Source: an uncultured virus (IMG/VR IMGVR_UViG_3300023109_000008)
Lineage: Duplodnaviria; Heunggongvirae; Uroviricota; Caudoviricetes
IMG/VR virus record: IMGVR_UViG_3300023109_000008
Strand: one strand, 5' to 3'
Length of the DNA stretch: 64,000 bases
A program made the translations under genes and the position numbers. A model generated the notes under the pieces. It made no database searches and was not told where the DNA came from. It saw nothing but the letters and a program-made list of their open reading frames with translations. Positions within the stretch are counted from its first letter, which is position 1, and the number at the start of each line of letters is the position of its first letter. Below, piece after piece: positions 35,919-48,600 of the stretch.

Positions 35919-38900
35919 ATGCCCATTAATACAGACTTAAATGTTGCCCCATACTTCGACGATTATCAACTGGAGAACCAGTACTATCGGGTGTTGTTCA
36001 AACCTGGCTATGCAGTTCAGGCAAGAGAACTCACTCAGTTGCAAACCATGTTGCAGAACCAAGTCGAACAGTTTGGTGACAACCTATTTAAAGAAGGTAG
36101 TATTATTAAAGGTTGTACTTTTACAGACCTTAATGATTTAAGGTTCGTGAAGGTTGAAAACCGTGAGGCACAATCAGACGGAACAACATATTTCGATCCA
36201 CAGGCATATATCAGTACTCGTATCACTACGACTGAGACTACAGGGGGGATTGAAACAGAAGTGGACGTGGTGTATGTCCTTGTGGGTCAGTCATCTGGTG
36301 TTAGCGCACAGGTGATCTCGGCATCACGTGGGTTTGTTACTCGTCCACCTAATTTGAACACTTTCTTTATTCGTTACTTGAACACAACTGGATCTGCAAA
36401 AGAATTCGAAGCGGGTGAAACAATCCGTGTTGACAAGTATCAGTATAAGGCAGGTACAATTGAACCACTCACATCAGTGCAAGCAGGTATTGATGAGATT
36501 AACGTTGTCGCACAGTCTCTCATCCCTACAGGTAAATCGTTTGGTATCAGTTCTGCGCCAGGCATTGTGTTCCAGAAGGGACACTTCATTTACGCAGATG
36601 AACAAATCCTTGTTGTAGAAAAGTATTCTGCAGAACCATCAGATCTTTCAGTTGGTTATCGCATTCAAGAAGACAATGTTTCATACTTGCAAGACACAAG
36701 TTTATATGACAATGCTAACGGATCTACAAACGAGAATGCGCCAGGCGCAGATCGTCTAAGACTCGTACCAGTTTTAACTAAACTAACACCTTCAGAAGCA
36801 GAAGATGATTCCACGTTCTTCGCATTAATTCGTTATCAAAACGGAAATGCGGTTAGACAACGTGACGTTTCTGCCTATAATGTCCTTGGTGACGTTACTG
36901 CAAGACGCACATACGAAGAGTCAGGTAACTATATCCTTCGTGATTTCCCTGTCTCTGTAGAAAGAAACTATCCAGTATACACTTCAATTGGTTCAATTGC
37001 AGATGTAAATGTAATTGGAGATCCTCAAGCAACACTAAATGCTCAATACCCTGTGGCAGTAGCAGGTCTGGCGATTACAGACACTGCGACTGGTGATATC
37101 TGGTATTACGATGGTGCATACTGGCATAAAATTGTTCTTGAAATACTCGTAGATCCAGGCGTTGCATACGTAAAGGGATATCGTGCAGAGAGTATTGGTA
37201 CACAATCTTTTGAGGTCGAACCAACAACCAACACAGAAATTCAGACATCAAACCCAGTCAGTTTCAACTACGGTAACTATGTTGATGTAACAGGATTCAC
37301 AGGACATATTAATATTGATCTTTCTTCCACTCAAGATCTTCTTGATGGATCAAATGCAAAGATTGGTGAATGTTTTGTCTCTAACTTGACAGAAACTCGT
37401 GCATACATTTGGGGCGTTGATCTTAACGCAGGTAAAGACTTCTCTGATGTTGCAAAGATTGATGGTGCAACGACTGGTGAAATCTCAGTAGGAAACGTTC
37501 TAAAAGGAACAGACAAAAGATCCTTCATCTTTGACACAGGGATGGATTACCTCAAAGAAGTTTTGGAAACAGATTTAAATGTTCCTATTCGTGGACAATC
37601 TACTCGTACAGTAAACAGCGATGAGTTCCAGATCACTGCTGCGCCCGGCACAGACTTTGGTGTTACACAACATAACATTCTAGTTATTGCTTCCACTGGT
37701 GCAAAGGTAACAGTGACAGGTACATCGACTCAGTTAAACAATGGTCAATTGACTGTTGCACTTCAGCCAGGCGCAATTGCAAATGGTCAGAGTGTAATCT
37801 GTTACTATGACTACCGACACATCGACTCAGTGGTTCGTGAGAAAGCTGCAAGAGACGTTTGGTTAAGACTTGATCACGTGGGAACTCGTGACAGGTTCTC
37901 TTTGGGTTTCCCAGATGTATTTGAGATTATCGCCCTAGAAGATGCAAACGGTAAAGACTATAAAAATAGTTTCCGTCTGAATAAAAACCAGAAAGATCAG
38001 TTCTATGATCTGTCTTCTATTGAGTATATTCAAGGAAGACCAAGGCCAAGCAACGAACAACTTAGAATTCAAATCAAAGTATTTGAAACTAATGTGCCTG
38101 TTGGATCAGAAAGTTTTTACACTGTTAACTCTTATGTCGGTGTTGACGAAAAAGACATTCCAGTATATGTTTCTGAATCAGGTAGAAAGTTCAATCTACG
38201 TGACTGTTTCGACTTTAGACCACAGGTCGTTAAAGAGTCAACGATGAGTTACACATCTACGAACAAAGCAACTGCTCCAGTTATGACAATATCGATTCAG
38301 AATACTATCGATGCAGCTGCACCTTCATTCTCTGGTACATATACGTTACCATCTACAGATCAATTTGCGTCTGCAGATATCGAATACTATCTTCCACGTT
38401 ATGACGTTGTTTCTATTGACTCGTATGGTAAATTCAACTATATTAAGGGTCAGGAAGAACGTGATCCACGTCCACCAATGTTGGGAACAGATCAACTTAT
38501 CATTTCAGAGATCTTTGTCCCAGGCGCTCCTATCCTCTCTCCTAAAGAGGCATCTGCGCAAGGTAAACGTGAGTATGCAGTTCGTGCAAAACCAAAAGGC
38601 ACTAAACGTTATACAATGAAAGATATCCAATCCATCGAAAATAAAATCGATAGACTTGTATATTACACTTCATTGAATCAGTTGGAACAAGAAGTAAATA
38701 ATTTAACTGTTCTTGACGAAAATGGCTTGACAAGATTCAAGAATGGGTTTATAGTAGATCCATTCAATGACATGTCTCTTGCAAACACGAGAGATCCAAA
38801 GTTTAACGCAGCGGTACACTTTAATAAAAAAGTGATGACGCCTTCTGTTTCAACATTTGATCTTGACCTCATCTATCGTACATCTACTGGTGCGACTGCA

Positions 38901-41498
38901 TTCCCTGCCCCTGCAGTGGGTGTCATACCAGAAGTTGGAACTTTGTCAAGAAATGCACATGTTTCATTAATTAGTCAAAAGTATGCAACAGGATACAGGA
39001 ATGCTGTAAGTAACTTCTATTCTTATAGAGGTACTCCAGACATCTCTCCACCATATGATGCGACTTATGACACAACTACAAATCCAGTAGAGATTGATTT
39101 CGAACAACCCTTCGTGGACTTTGCGGAAGCAATTCAAAAGTTTATTCCTTTAACAGATGCTCAGATCAACACAAATCAATTTACTGCAGATATCCAAGCG
39201 CAGTTAAGACGTGCACGATCAAACGGTGGTACAGTAACGTTTACAGATACGTTCGGAACTGTGAATATTGATAAGGGTAACTCTACAAATCAAGTTGGTG
39301 ACTTTGTTACTAACTTCCAGTTCCAACCGTACATGTCTCCACGTGACATTGGGATTTACGTAACTGGACTAAGACCAAATACAAATCACTACTTCTTCTT
39401 TGACAGAGCATCTGTTCAGTCTAACGTCTGTAAGGGTACACTGGTCAACAAAGCGAAGAATGTAGAACGCAATGGCCCATTTAATGGACAACCTATCGCC
39501 ACAGATGAAAACGGTACTCTACGTGCAGTATTCAGACTACCTGCAGATACATTCTTTGTAGGTGAACGCATGTTGGAGATTGTCGATACAGATTTATATA
39601 ATCAAATCGATTCCGCTGCAACCTCACGTGCGAAGATTGCATATCGTGCATATAACTTTAGTGTCGAGAAGGCAAGTATGTCTACTCGTATGCCAACTTC
39701 GTCTATGACACAAACTACATCAAACCGTAGTGTGACATTCCGTCCACCACCCCCACCAGATCCTGGCGATAACAATGGTGATCCTCTCGCACAGACTTTC
39801 TTCCTCAAGAAAGGTATGGGACGTGGTAGTAACACAGTGGCGGCATCTAAGTTGGATCTGTATTTCAAACGTAAGTCGTCATCACAACTCTCAGGTGGTG
39901 GTGGTATTAACGGTGTTACTGTTATGTTGCGTGAAGTGGTTAATGGTTATCCATCAAGTGAAACTATTCCATTCTCGAAAGTACACTTGCAACCTTCAGA
40001 AGTCAACATTTCAGATGATGCAAGTACTGCAACGACTATTGAGTTTGAAGCACCAGTTATCCTTGAAGTAGAAAAAGAGTACGCATTTGTAATTCAACCA
40101 GATGCGAACGATCCTGGCTATTTGGTATTCACATCGAAAGTTGGTCAGAATGATTTGACGCCTGGCGATACGCAAGGTAAACCAATCGTTCAAGACTGGG
40201 GTGATGGAGTTCTATTCACATCTACAAACAACTCTGCATGGAAATCATACCAAGACGAAGACGTTAAGTTTAATCTTTACCGTCATGATTATAATGCATC
40301 TCAGGGTTCTATTACTCTGACAAACAATAATCATGAATTCTTTACAGTAACTGATATCACTGGTCAATTTAGAAAAGGTGAGAAAGTTTGGCAGACTGCA
40401 GGTACTGATCAAGTTGTCGGTATGGCAAATGCAAACAATACAATCACCAGAACAAGTGGTGCGAATTTTGATACTGTATATGCGATTGGTGACTTTATGA
40501 AGATTGCGGAGGCTGCAAACACTTCCAACTATGATATCTTTAAAGTAAACGCCGTTAGTGCAGATTCAATTACTGCAAACAAGAACTCAAATCAAACGTT
40601 CTCTAACGCTGTAGGTACTCCTATTGTTGTGGGTGACTTGTGTCTCTATGACGTAATCGATCCAACAACCATGTATCTTGAAAAGTCTACTGCAAGATCT
40701 GGAAAGGTTTTCGCAGTGGGAAGTGATATCGTTGGTGAAGATAGTGCTGCAACTGCAGAGATCTCTTCAATTGATAACATCACACTAAGTTATGTACAAC
40801 CATTTATTCAACGTGTCAACGACTCAGTAACCAAAACTCAATTGTCAGGTACATTTATTCCACCTGCTGCAGTTGGTACAACATATGACATGCCAATGAA
40901 GTTCAATGACAACAACCACTTTAATGCAAAGGGTGCGTTGATTTACAGTAGAACAAACAACTTGTCGGGTAATTTGAAATTCGAAATCAAGGTTGGTATG
41001 GAAAATGGTGGTAACTCAACCTCGTCTCCATTTATTGATATGGAAACATGTAAGTTACTTGCCTATAAATACGATATAACAAATACTCCAGATGCAACTG
41101 CAAGTTTTGTTTCTAAGGTTGTAGAACTCGCAGAGGACTTCGATGCAGAAGACTTTAATTTGATTTTATCTGCGTACAGACCATCTGGTAGTGATATTAA
41201 ATGTTACATCAGAGCGCAGAATACTTTTGATAGTATTTCATTTGATGAAGTGAATTGGGTTGAATTGGAAATGTTTGAAGGTATTGAGAACTTCTCTTCA
41301 CAAACAAACATGGAAGATTATCGTGAATTTAGATACAGACTACCTACCAGTTCCCTTAACGCTGGTGTTTATCAATACATTAGTCGTGCAGGTACTTTTA
41401 AAACTTATAGAAGGTTTGCGGTTAGAATTGACTTATTGTCGCCAAACATTCACACTGCACCTATCATAAAAGATTATAGAGGCATTGCTTTGACATGA
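35919..41498 (+). CDS. Large virion structural protein (DUF4815/VrlC-like)
   Basis: LNVAPYFDDY...YYRVLFKPGYAVQARELTQLQ, APGADRL, ARRTYEESGNY, RFKNGFIVDPF and DPLAQTF. Confidence 0.85.
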   Translation: MPINTDLNVAPYFDDYQLENQYYRVLFKPGYAVQARELTQLQTMLQNQVEQFGDNLFKEGSIIKGCTFTDLNDLRFVKVENREAQSDGTTYFDPQAYISTRITTTETTGGIETEVDVVYVLVGQSSGVSAQVISASRGFVTRPPNLNTFFIRYLNTTGSAKEFEAGETIRVDKYQYKAGTIEPLTSVQAGIDEINVVAQSLIPTGKSFGISSAPGIVFQKGHFIYADEQILVVEKYSAEPSDLSVGYRIQEDNVSYLQDTSLYDNANGSTNENAPGADRLRLVPVLTKLTPSEAEDDSTFFALIRYQNGNAVRQRDVSAYNVLGDVTARRTYEESGNYILRDFPVSVERNYPVYTSIGSIADVNVIGDPQATLNAQYPVAVAGLAITDTATGDIWYYDGAYWHKIVLEILVDPGVAYVKGYRAESIGTQSFEVEPTTNTEIQTSNPVSFNYGNYVDVTGFTGHINIDLSSTQDLLDGSNAKIGECFVSNLTETRAYIWGVDLNAGKDFSDVAKIDGATTGEISVGNVLKGTDKRSFIFDTGMDYLKEVLETDLNVPIRGQSTRTVNSDEFQITAAPGTDFGVTQHNILVIASTGAKVTVTGTSTQLNNGQLTVALQPGAIANGQSVICYYDYRHIDSVVREKAARDVWLRLDHVGTRDRFSLGFPDVFEIIALEDANGKDYKNSFRLNKNQKDQFYDLSSIEYIQGRPRPSNEQLRIQIKVFETNVPVGSESFYTVNSYVGVDEKDIPVYVSESGRKFNLRDCFDFRPQVVKESTMSYTSTNKATAPVMTISIQNTIDAAAPSFSGTYTLPSTDQFASADIEYYLPRYDVVSIDSYGKFNYIKGQEERDPRPPMLGTDQLIISEIFVPGAPILSPKEASAQGKREYAVRAKPKGTKRYTMKDIQSIENKIDRLVYYTSLNQLEQEVNNLTVLDENGLTRFKNGFIVDPFNDMSLANTRDPKFNAAVHFNKKVMTPSVSTFDLDLIYRTSTGATAFPAPAVGVIPEVGTLSRNAHVSLISQKYATGYRNAVSNFYSYRGTPDISPPYDATYDTTTNPVEIDFEQPFVDFAEAIQKFIPLTDAQINTNQFTADIQAQLRRARSNGGTVTFTDTFGTVNIDKGNSTNQVGDFVTNFQFQPYMSPRDIGIYVTGLRPNTNHYFFFDRASVQSNVCKGTLVNKAKNVERNGPFNGQPIATDENGTLRAVFRLPADTFFVGERMLEIVDTDLYNQIDSAATSRAKIAYRAYNFSVEKASMSTRMPTSSMTQTTSNRSVTFRPPPPPDPGDNNGDPLAQTFFLKKGMGRGSNTVAASKLDLYFKRKSSSQLSGGGGINGVTVMLREVVNGYPSSETIPFSKVHLQPSEVNISDDASTATTIEFEAPVILEVEKEYAFVIQPDANDPGYLVFTSKVGQNDLTPGDTQGKPIVQDWGDGVLFTSTNNSAWKSYQDEDVKFNLYRHDYNASQGSITLTNNNHEFFTVTDITGQFRKGEKVWQTAGTDQVVGMANANNTITRTSGANFDTVYAIGDFMKIAEAANTSNYDIFKVNAVSADSITANKNSNQTFSNAVGTPIVVGDLCLYDVIDPTTMYLEKSTARSGKVFAVGSDIVGEDSAATAEISSIDNITLSYVQPFIQRVNDSVTKTQLSGTFIPPAAVGTTYDMPMKFNDNNHFNAKGALIYSRTNNLSGNLKFEIKVGMENGGNSTSSPFIDMETCKLLAYKYDITNTPDATASFVSKVVELAEDFDAEDFNLILSAYRPSGSDIKCYIRAQNTFDSISFDEVNWVELEMFEGIENFSSQTNMEDYREFRYRLPTSSLNAGVYQYISRAGTFKTYRRFAVRIDLLSPNIHTAPIIKDYRGIALT

Positions 41499-41689
41499 GT
41501 TCTCCAGCATCTATCAGAAGGGACAAACACTCGAATGCGATTTTGAATACGGATGCGCAGGCCCTGCATAAATATAAAATGGAAAGACTTTATTATCGCA
41601 AGATTGATAAACTTCAGACAGATGTATTAGAAATACAAGAAACTCTTGTACGTATGTGCGAAAAAATAGAAAAATTGGAAAATAAGTAA
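41495..41689 (+). CDS. Small hypothetical coiled-coil protein
   Basis: RD..SNAILNTD pattern; translationally coupled to neighbours. Confidence 0.7.
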   Translation: MSSPASIRRDKHSNAILNTDAQALHKYKMERLYYRKIDKLQTDVLEIQETLVRMCEKIEKLENK

Positions 41690-42609
41690 TGGCAAAACCA
41701 TCGATAGCCGATATTACGGTAACCCAAACCTTCCAGAACTGGTTTGATAAGACAAATGAATTAACTGGTATCATTCGTTCTGAAGCGATGACTGCCTCGG
41801 CGGGTGGTGACACAACGACTGGTAATGCAACTCTCTTGGGTAACTTCACTGCAGGGATAGTAACTGCAAATGTCGCATCTGATTATATTGAGTCAGATAC
41901 AAACGGTGGAAGTATTACTCTTGGTTCTCCTTCTATTCACAACGCACTAGCAGATGCAATTTGTTCAACCTTCACATTCGGTGCAGGCGGTGGTAGAACA
42001 AGATATACTGATGGAAATATTTCTTGGGATATCGGGATGGAAGATTCATCCCAAGCGCATTTCATTATAGATACTGGTACTGGTGCCAGAAAGTTTAAGA
42101 TCTCTCCATCAGGTACTGTTACTGCACCAGACTACGCAGGTAACAATGCAATATTCCAAAATGATGTAACCACAGACGATTTATACGCAAACAACATATC
42201 ATACTCAGGAACATTCAGTGGGCCAGGCGGAGCTCTTGTGTTCGATGGGGATACAGAAATAGACGGTGATTTAACGGTGCTCGGTGATGGTTACTTCACT
42301 GGTGATGTTGTTACCGCATACAATGCTTCAGACATTCGACTCAAGGATAACATTGAAGTAATCGATGGTGCAATAGATAAAGTAGAACAGATTAATGGTT
42401 ATACTTTTAACTACATCAACAAACCAGAGGAAAGAGTTGCAGGGGTCATTGCCCAAGAGGTAGAGAAGGTTCTACCTAACGTCACCTTCCCAATGGATGA
42501 ACAAGGTCATTTGGCGGTTCGTTATGATAACATTATTCCATTGCTTATTCAAGCAATTAAAGAATTAAATGATAAGGTGGAAGCTCTGGAAGAAAAATCC
42601 AAAGATTGA
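41689..42609 (+). CDS. Tail fibre protein with a C-terminal S74 intramolecular chaperone domain
   Basis: SDIRLKDNI, GVIAQEVEKVLP and VRYDNIIPLLIQAIKEL. Confidence 0.85.
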   Translation: MAKPSIADITVTQTFQNWFDKTNELTGIIRSEAMTASAGGDTTTGNATLLGNFTAGIVTANVASDYIESDTNGGSITLGSPSIHNALADAICSTFTFGAGGGRTRYTDGNISWDIGMEDSSQAHFIIDTGTGARKFKISPSGTVTAPDYAGNNAIFQNDVTTDDLYANNISYSGTFSGPGGALVFDGDTEIDGDLTVLGDGYFTGDVVTAYNASDIRLKDNIEVIDGAIDKVEQINGYTFNYINKPEERVAGVIAQEVEKVLPNVTFPMDEQGHLAVRYDNIIPLLIQAIKELNDKVEALEEKSKD

Positions 42610-42661
42610 TATGATGGTCTTTAATAAATAAAAAGAAAACAAATTCTAAAGGTAGACTATA

Positions 42662-45600
42662 ATGTCAAAAATTTCTGAATTAGGTTCGATTACCGGCGCC
42701 AATACGAGGACGGAAGACTTATTCGTCATCGTTAACCTCGTACAAGGTGATGACGGTACAAAGAATATAACCAGAAAAGAGCTGGTTCAGGCGATCCAGT
42801 ACGAAATATTTGACCGAATCACCATTACTGGTGGTAAGATCTCTGGTACAACTATATTCTCAAACGTGATGAATAACAACATCATGAACGATAACGAATA
42901 TAATCGTGGTACAATCAATGATACAGATGTAAATCGTGTTGACATTGATGCCTCCCTGTTCCATGATGGTGATCTACGTGACTCAAACGCCAACAACCTA
43001 ACAATCACATTCTCTAGTTTCGATAACGGTACAATGGATACCGTCTTCGGTAATAATGTTACTCTCGTAAACTCTACGATTGATGATTCAACTATTACTG
43101 ATTCGACGGCGAACAATGTAGAAATCAGTGAGTCAACATTTTCTAATGGTGCATTATTTGATTCTACTGCAAACAATATCTCGATTACCGACTCTTCTTT
43201 TGAGAACGGTACTCTCGCAGACAGCAGTGGTAATAACATTGTCCTAGACAACTCTGAGTTTAATCAGGGTATCATTAGAGATTCGGTTGCCAACAATATT
43301 ACAATCACATCGTCTACATTCACAGACGGTGGTATATTCGATAGTACTGCAAACAACGTTGCAATGACGCAGTCAACTTTCACCGCTGGTGAAATTTCTG
43401 ACTCCACTGCAAATAACGTTGACATTGACTCTTCTACCTTTGTCAATGGTGCACTTGCAAACTCTACTGCGAATACCATGACTATTATCGACTCTGATTT
43501 CTCAGACGGTACTGGTAACAATAACGTATTTACAAACACGACACTTGAAGATAGTCTTATCAAAGACTCAGTGATTGCCAACTCTACCTTCACTGGTGAG
43601 TTGTCAGACATCTCGTTGGTTGATGCAACCATCGAATCTTCTTCAATGTCAAACACAGGTATCTCCGAATCCACTATGACTGGTGGTAAGATTGAAGATA
43701 CTACAATCAATGATGCGACAATCAACCGTCCAGATCTTGTCGACTTCGACATGGAAATCGACAACCAGTTCGAACCAAAGATTGATGAAAACTCTTGGTT
43801 TGCTCTTAAGAACGTTAAGACTGGTGAGACAGAACGTATCACATATCGTCAATTCTTTGATGAGATTTCTAAGACTACTGCAAAGGCACTTAAGGTACAC
43901 GTTGAAGCGTCTTCTGGTGATGACAGAAATCCTGGCACAGTCCTTCAACCAGTTCGTACACTAGAACGTGCTGCAGAACTCGCATTAGAAAAAGCGGGTG
44001 GAGTTTATTCACGTAACGATGTAAACAATGCGGTTCACATCTCATGTGGGCCTGGCACATACTACACAAAAGGTGGTATCGCCCTTCCAGATGATTGTTC
44101 GTTGACATCTACTTCTGGTCAGTATGCAACAGTGATCGAAGCGTTGCCTGGCTATGAATTCGAAAACGCAGTTCTCGTAGGTTCTGGTTGTTACGTACAA
44201 GGTTTCTCATACACAAACTGGAAAGTTGATAACTTCGATTTCCCAGAAGGTGGATTTGCGATTGCATATCGTCCTGGCGCTAAATTAAGAAGATCTCCAT
44301 ACATTCGTGACTCCTCTCAGTTGTCAAACTTCCTTCGTGCAGATGTTGAACCACCACTACAACCATTTAACTCTAAAGGTACTCTCGCAGACCTTGGACG
44401 TGAAATCTATATGGAAGTTGGTCACTCAGGCACATTCTCTGAAGGTGATGAGATTGTATTTGGTTCAGGTGCAGTTGGTTTTGTATCTTGGGATGCAGAC
44501 GTTGCAACAGATGATCGTGTCTACGTTCGTAACCTAAAAGGTGAAATCAACGTAGGTGATACAATCATCTCAGAATCAGGTGGTACAGGTAACATTTCAG
44601 TCATCGGTATCGACGACTTCCCGAACCCACTCGTGGGACGTGGTGGTGGTTGTGTGCTTGCAGACAGACGTGTTCTTGATCCAGACTCACTCTACACTTA
44701 CCTATTGACATTTGGTTTTACACCTCGTACACAGAACGGTATCGGTTACGTTGCACGTGATGGTGCTGGTGTTAACGGTATTGGTTCATTGTCAATCTTC
44801 ACACGTTGTGCGTTCTACGCATTGAACGGTGGACAGGTTACACTCAACAACTCAGGTACACAGTTTGGTGACATCTCTATGAGGGCAAAAGGAACTACAC
44901 AGTTCTATGCACCAAGAGACACTACTGTACAGATTGATGTAAACGCAGGTGGTAATACTGCCTTCGGTGATTCAATTCTTCAGAACGCCAATAACATCAT
45001 TGATGACATGGTCGATTACCTTACATCCAACACCACTTCTGGTGGACTTGGATATCAAGGTTATGACGCAGAGAAATGTTATCGTGATACTGGTATCATT
45101 CTTGACAAACTGTCACAAGACATTCAGACTGGTTCAAACTATTGGGGTCGTTTGTCTGGTATCACTTATCGTTCACCAATTTCTTATGTTGTGCCTGGCG
45201 AACAGTTGGAAGAGACTGCTGGTGCAAACAGATATCTGCAAGGTCGTCTAGGGACTATCTTTGCGAATGCGAATACTGAAATTCTAGAACGTGCAAATAC
45301 TTCTTATGACGAACTCTTGAATATTCTTGAGAACGGTGAAGAGTATGCATCTCCTATTGTATTCACAGAAGTTGGAAACAACGAAACTGCAACTGCATAT
45401 ACCAATGCACGTAAACAGATTCAAGACAACCGTAAATTTATTGAAAACGAATTAATCGATTGGATCGAAGATAACGACGAGTTCTTCGCATACAATTCTA
45501 TTGCGTGTCGTCGTGATACACAAGATTACATCTTGCCTGCAGTAGCACAAGATCTAATGTTGGATACGAACTACAACTCTGTCACTGCAGGTAATGCGTA

Positions 45601-48600
45601 CTATATGAACGCTGCTGCGAAGGTTATCAACAACCAACGTGACGAAACAGTCGCTGCATATAAGAGACTAAAAGAACAAACAAATGAAATCATCGATGCG
45701 AACTCGTTCATTGGTGCAATTCGTTCTGACTCTGCATTCGATAATATCATTGATGCATTGGAAGAAAAACGTAAAACATATACACCTACATTCGTAGAGT
45801 ATGATCCAATCTCTGGTATCATGGAAGTTGAAATCGGTCAACACCGTCTCCATGTAGATCAGAAGATCATCCTCGAAAAAGAATCAATCACATTTGAGTG
45901 TGGATTGTCTGGTAAAGATGGTGAGATCACTCATCCACGTGCTACAGACCCTGCATTCATGAAACCGATTCCAATCCTTGAAGTGACAGAGACAACTATC
46001 GTCCTTCAAGTTGGTAATGCTGGTGGATACACAAACATCCATTACTTCAAGTCTGCAGATGCAGATTGTATTCGTCTTGAAGAAAACTGCTACACTCCAG
46101 CTGGATCTACATATGATCCTGCTACAGGTGTGACTGTTGTAACCTTCGATGATATCCACAGAATCGAAGCGGGTGACTTAATTGAGATTGCTCCAGGCGG
46201 TTTGACATATCAGTGTGCGAACACTGCTACACTTCAGTTGGTGTCTATTTCACATCCACGTCCAGCAGACAAATGGTTTAAGAATGCTCTACAGGTAACA
46301 TCTATTACTCCATATACCATCACATTCAACTCAGGTGATGCAGGTGGTTATACTGGAGCGCATAGTTTCACAGGTGCACTTGAAAACGCTGTACAAGTTA
46401 TCGGTAAGGGAATTCTATTCTCTGACGATGTTGGTATTGATGCGAACAAGAAAAATGCACGTAAACAATTACAGGCTAACAAAAAGTACATCCAAGACTA
46501 TATGATGGGTTGGATTGACAACAACTTCTTCATCTACGACAGTGCAAAATGTGAGAGAGATGTTCAACAGTACATCTTGCCTGCAGTACAACAAGACATG
46601 ATGTTGGGAACCAACTGGAACTCTGTACAGACAGGTGTTGGTTACTACGCAGGTACTGCATCTGAAGTAGTCGGAGATCAGTTGCCTGAAACAGTCGGTG
46701 CGGTGTCGGAACTTAAAGGTCTTGTTGCAGATATGACACAGGCGAAGTATACGCCTACTGATGCAACATACGATCCACTAAGTGGTATTACTACACTTAC
46801 ACTTGGTACACATGATATCGAAGTAGGTGACTCTATCAAACTTGCACCAGAAGCGATTACATTCTCATGTGCAAATACTAGTACTGGTGTTATTGGTACG
46901 GACTCACATCCAAACCCAGCGGATCCAAACTATAACAAACCATTCGTTGTCACTGCAGCGGATGCGACATCTATCACATTCCAAAGTGGTGATGCAAATG
47001 GTTATACTGGTGTTCACACATTCGTATCTGCACAGGTAGATTCAGTACATCACTTGGTACATGATAACTTTGCAATCGGAACTGCGGGGAACGCATTCGA
47101 CGAAATCATTCATATCATGAAAGGTTCTGGTCGTTCTTATACTCCAACGAATGCTACATATGATCCTTTGACAGGTGTAATGGTTGTCACTATCGGTACT
47201 CACAGTCTGACAACTGATGATCAAGTTATGTTTGCGCCTGAGTCTATTAGTTTCTATTGTGATGCCAATAACGTTGTCATCTCACATCCAAGACGTAGTG
47301 ACACAGACAATTACAAGAAACCACTTGACATTACTGCAGTTGGTCTTACTACAATCACAGTTAATGCTGGTGATGCAGGTGGATACACTGGTGTCCATAC
47401 ATTCTATAAGGCAGATCCAAACTCAGTTTCTGTATACAACGAAACACGTAAAAAGACTTATACTCCAACCACTGCAACTTATGATACTGCAACTGGTGAC
47501 ATGGTCGTTACAGTCGGTGTCCATAACCTACAAGTAGGTCAGTACATTGCACTGGAACAAGAAAGTATCGTCTTCACATGTGCATTAGATGGTAATCAGA
47601 CTGAACATGCATATCCTCGTCTGAATGATCCTTGGAACAAGAAACCAATTAAGATCAAGGCTGCAACTGAAACCACATTCACTATTAACGTGGGTGGTTA
47701 TGCAAATGGTACTGCACACACATTCGTACGTGCAACAGAAGGTGCGGTACGTGATGACGTAGTAACATTCTCAGATCCAGCGATGATCGAAGAATTCAAG
47801 ACTCCAACTGGTGTTGCATACACCGTAGGAACTGGTGTATTTACTCTGACTATTCCAAATCATGGTTTGAGTGCAGGGGATCGTGTAGAACTGATGCCAG
47901 GATCGTTCACATTCACATGTGGTTCTGACAACAACCTATCAGAGATCTCTCATCCACGTCCATCAGATCCACCATACAGAAAACCGTTGACAATTACTGC
48001 AACGCCTGATATTAATACAATCCAAGTAAATGTGGGTGTTGGTACTGGTGGTGCACATACATTCGTACGTGTCGCAGATAATGCGGTTGCGGTACTTCGT
48101 GCAAACGTAGATGAAGTAAACGCATTCGAAACACTTCAAGCGAACCGTGACTTCCTTGCAAATGAAGTTGTCGGATATCTTGCAAACACTTACTTCACTT
48201 ATGATAGTGCGAAGTGTGAAAGAGATACAGGGTTCCTTATCGATGCAGTAAAACGTGACGTTCTTACTGGTTCTAACTACAACGCTGTTTACATGGGTAA
48301 AGGTTATCGTATCGGTACTCAAGGTGCAGACACAGTTGTTAATGATCAGTTAACTGAAACAGTTGGTGCATTCACATGGTTGAAACAACAGGTATCTGCG
48401 AAAATATCAGGTACTGCACAGACACGTTCTGAAGCTGCATTTGATGAAGTTATCGATATCGTAACAAACGGTACAAGTGCCGCAGATGTAATCAACTTCG
48501 GTGACTCATATGTGTCTAACGATGCATTGAACACTCGTGGTATCATTCAATCTAACAAAGCATTCCTACAGGCAGAAATCACTGCATGGTTGGCAGTTGA

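Noticed and set aside
42787..43842. Antisense ORFs opposite the giant gene's N-terminal repeats
   Set aside because: Shadow ORFs caused by codon bias of the sense gene
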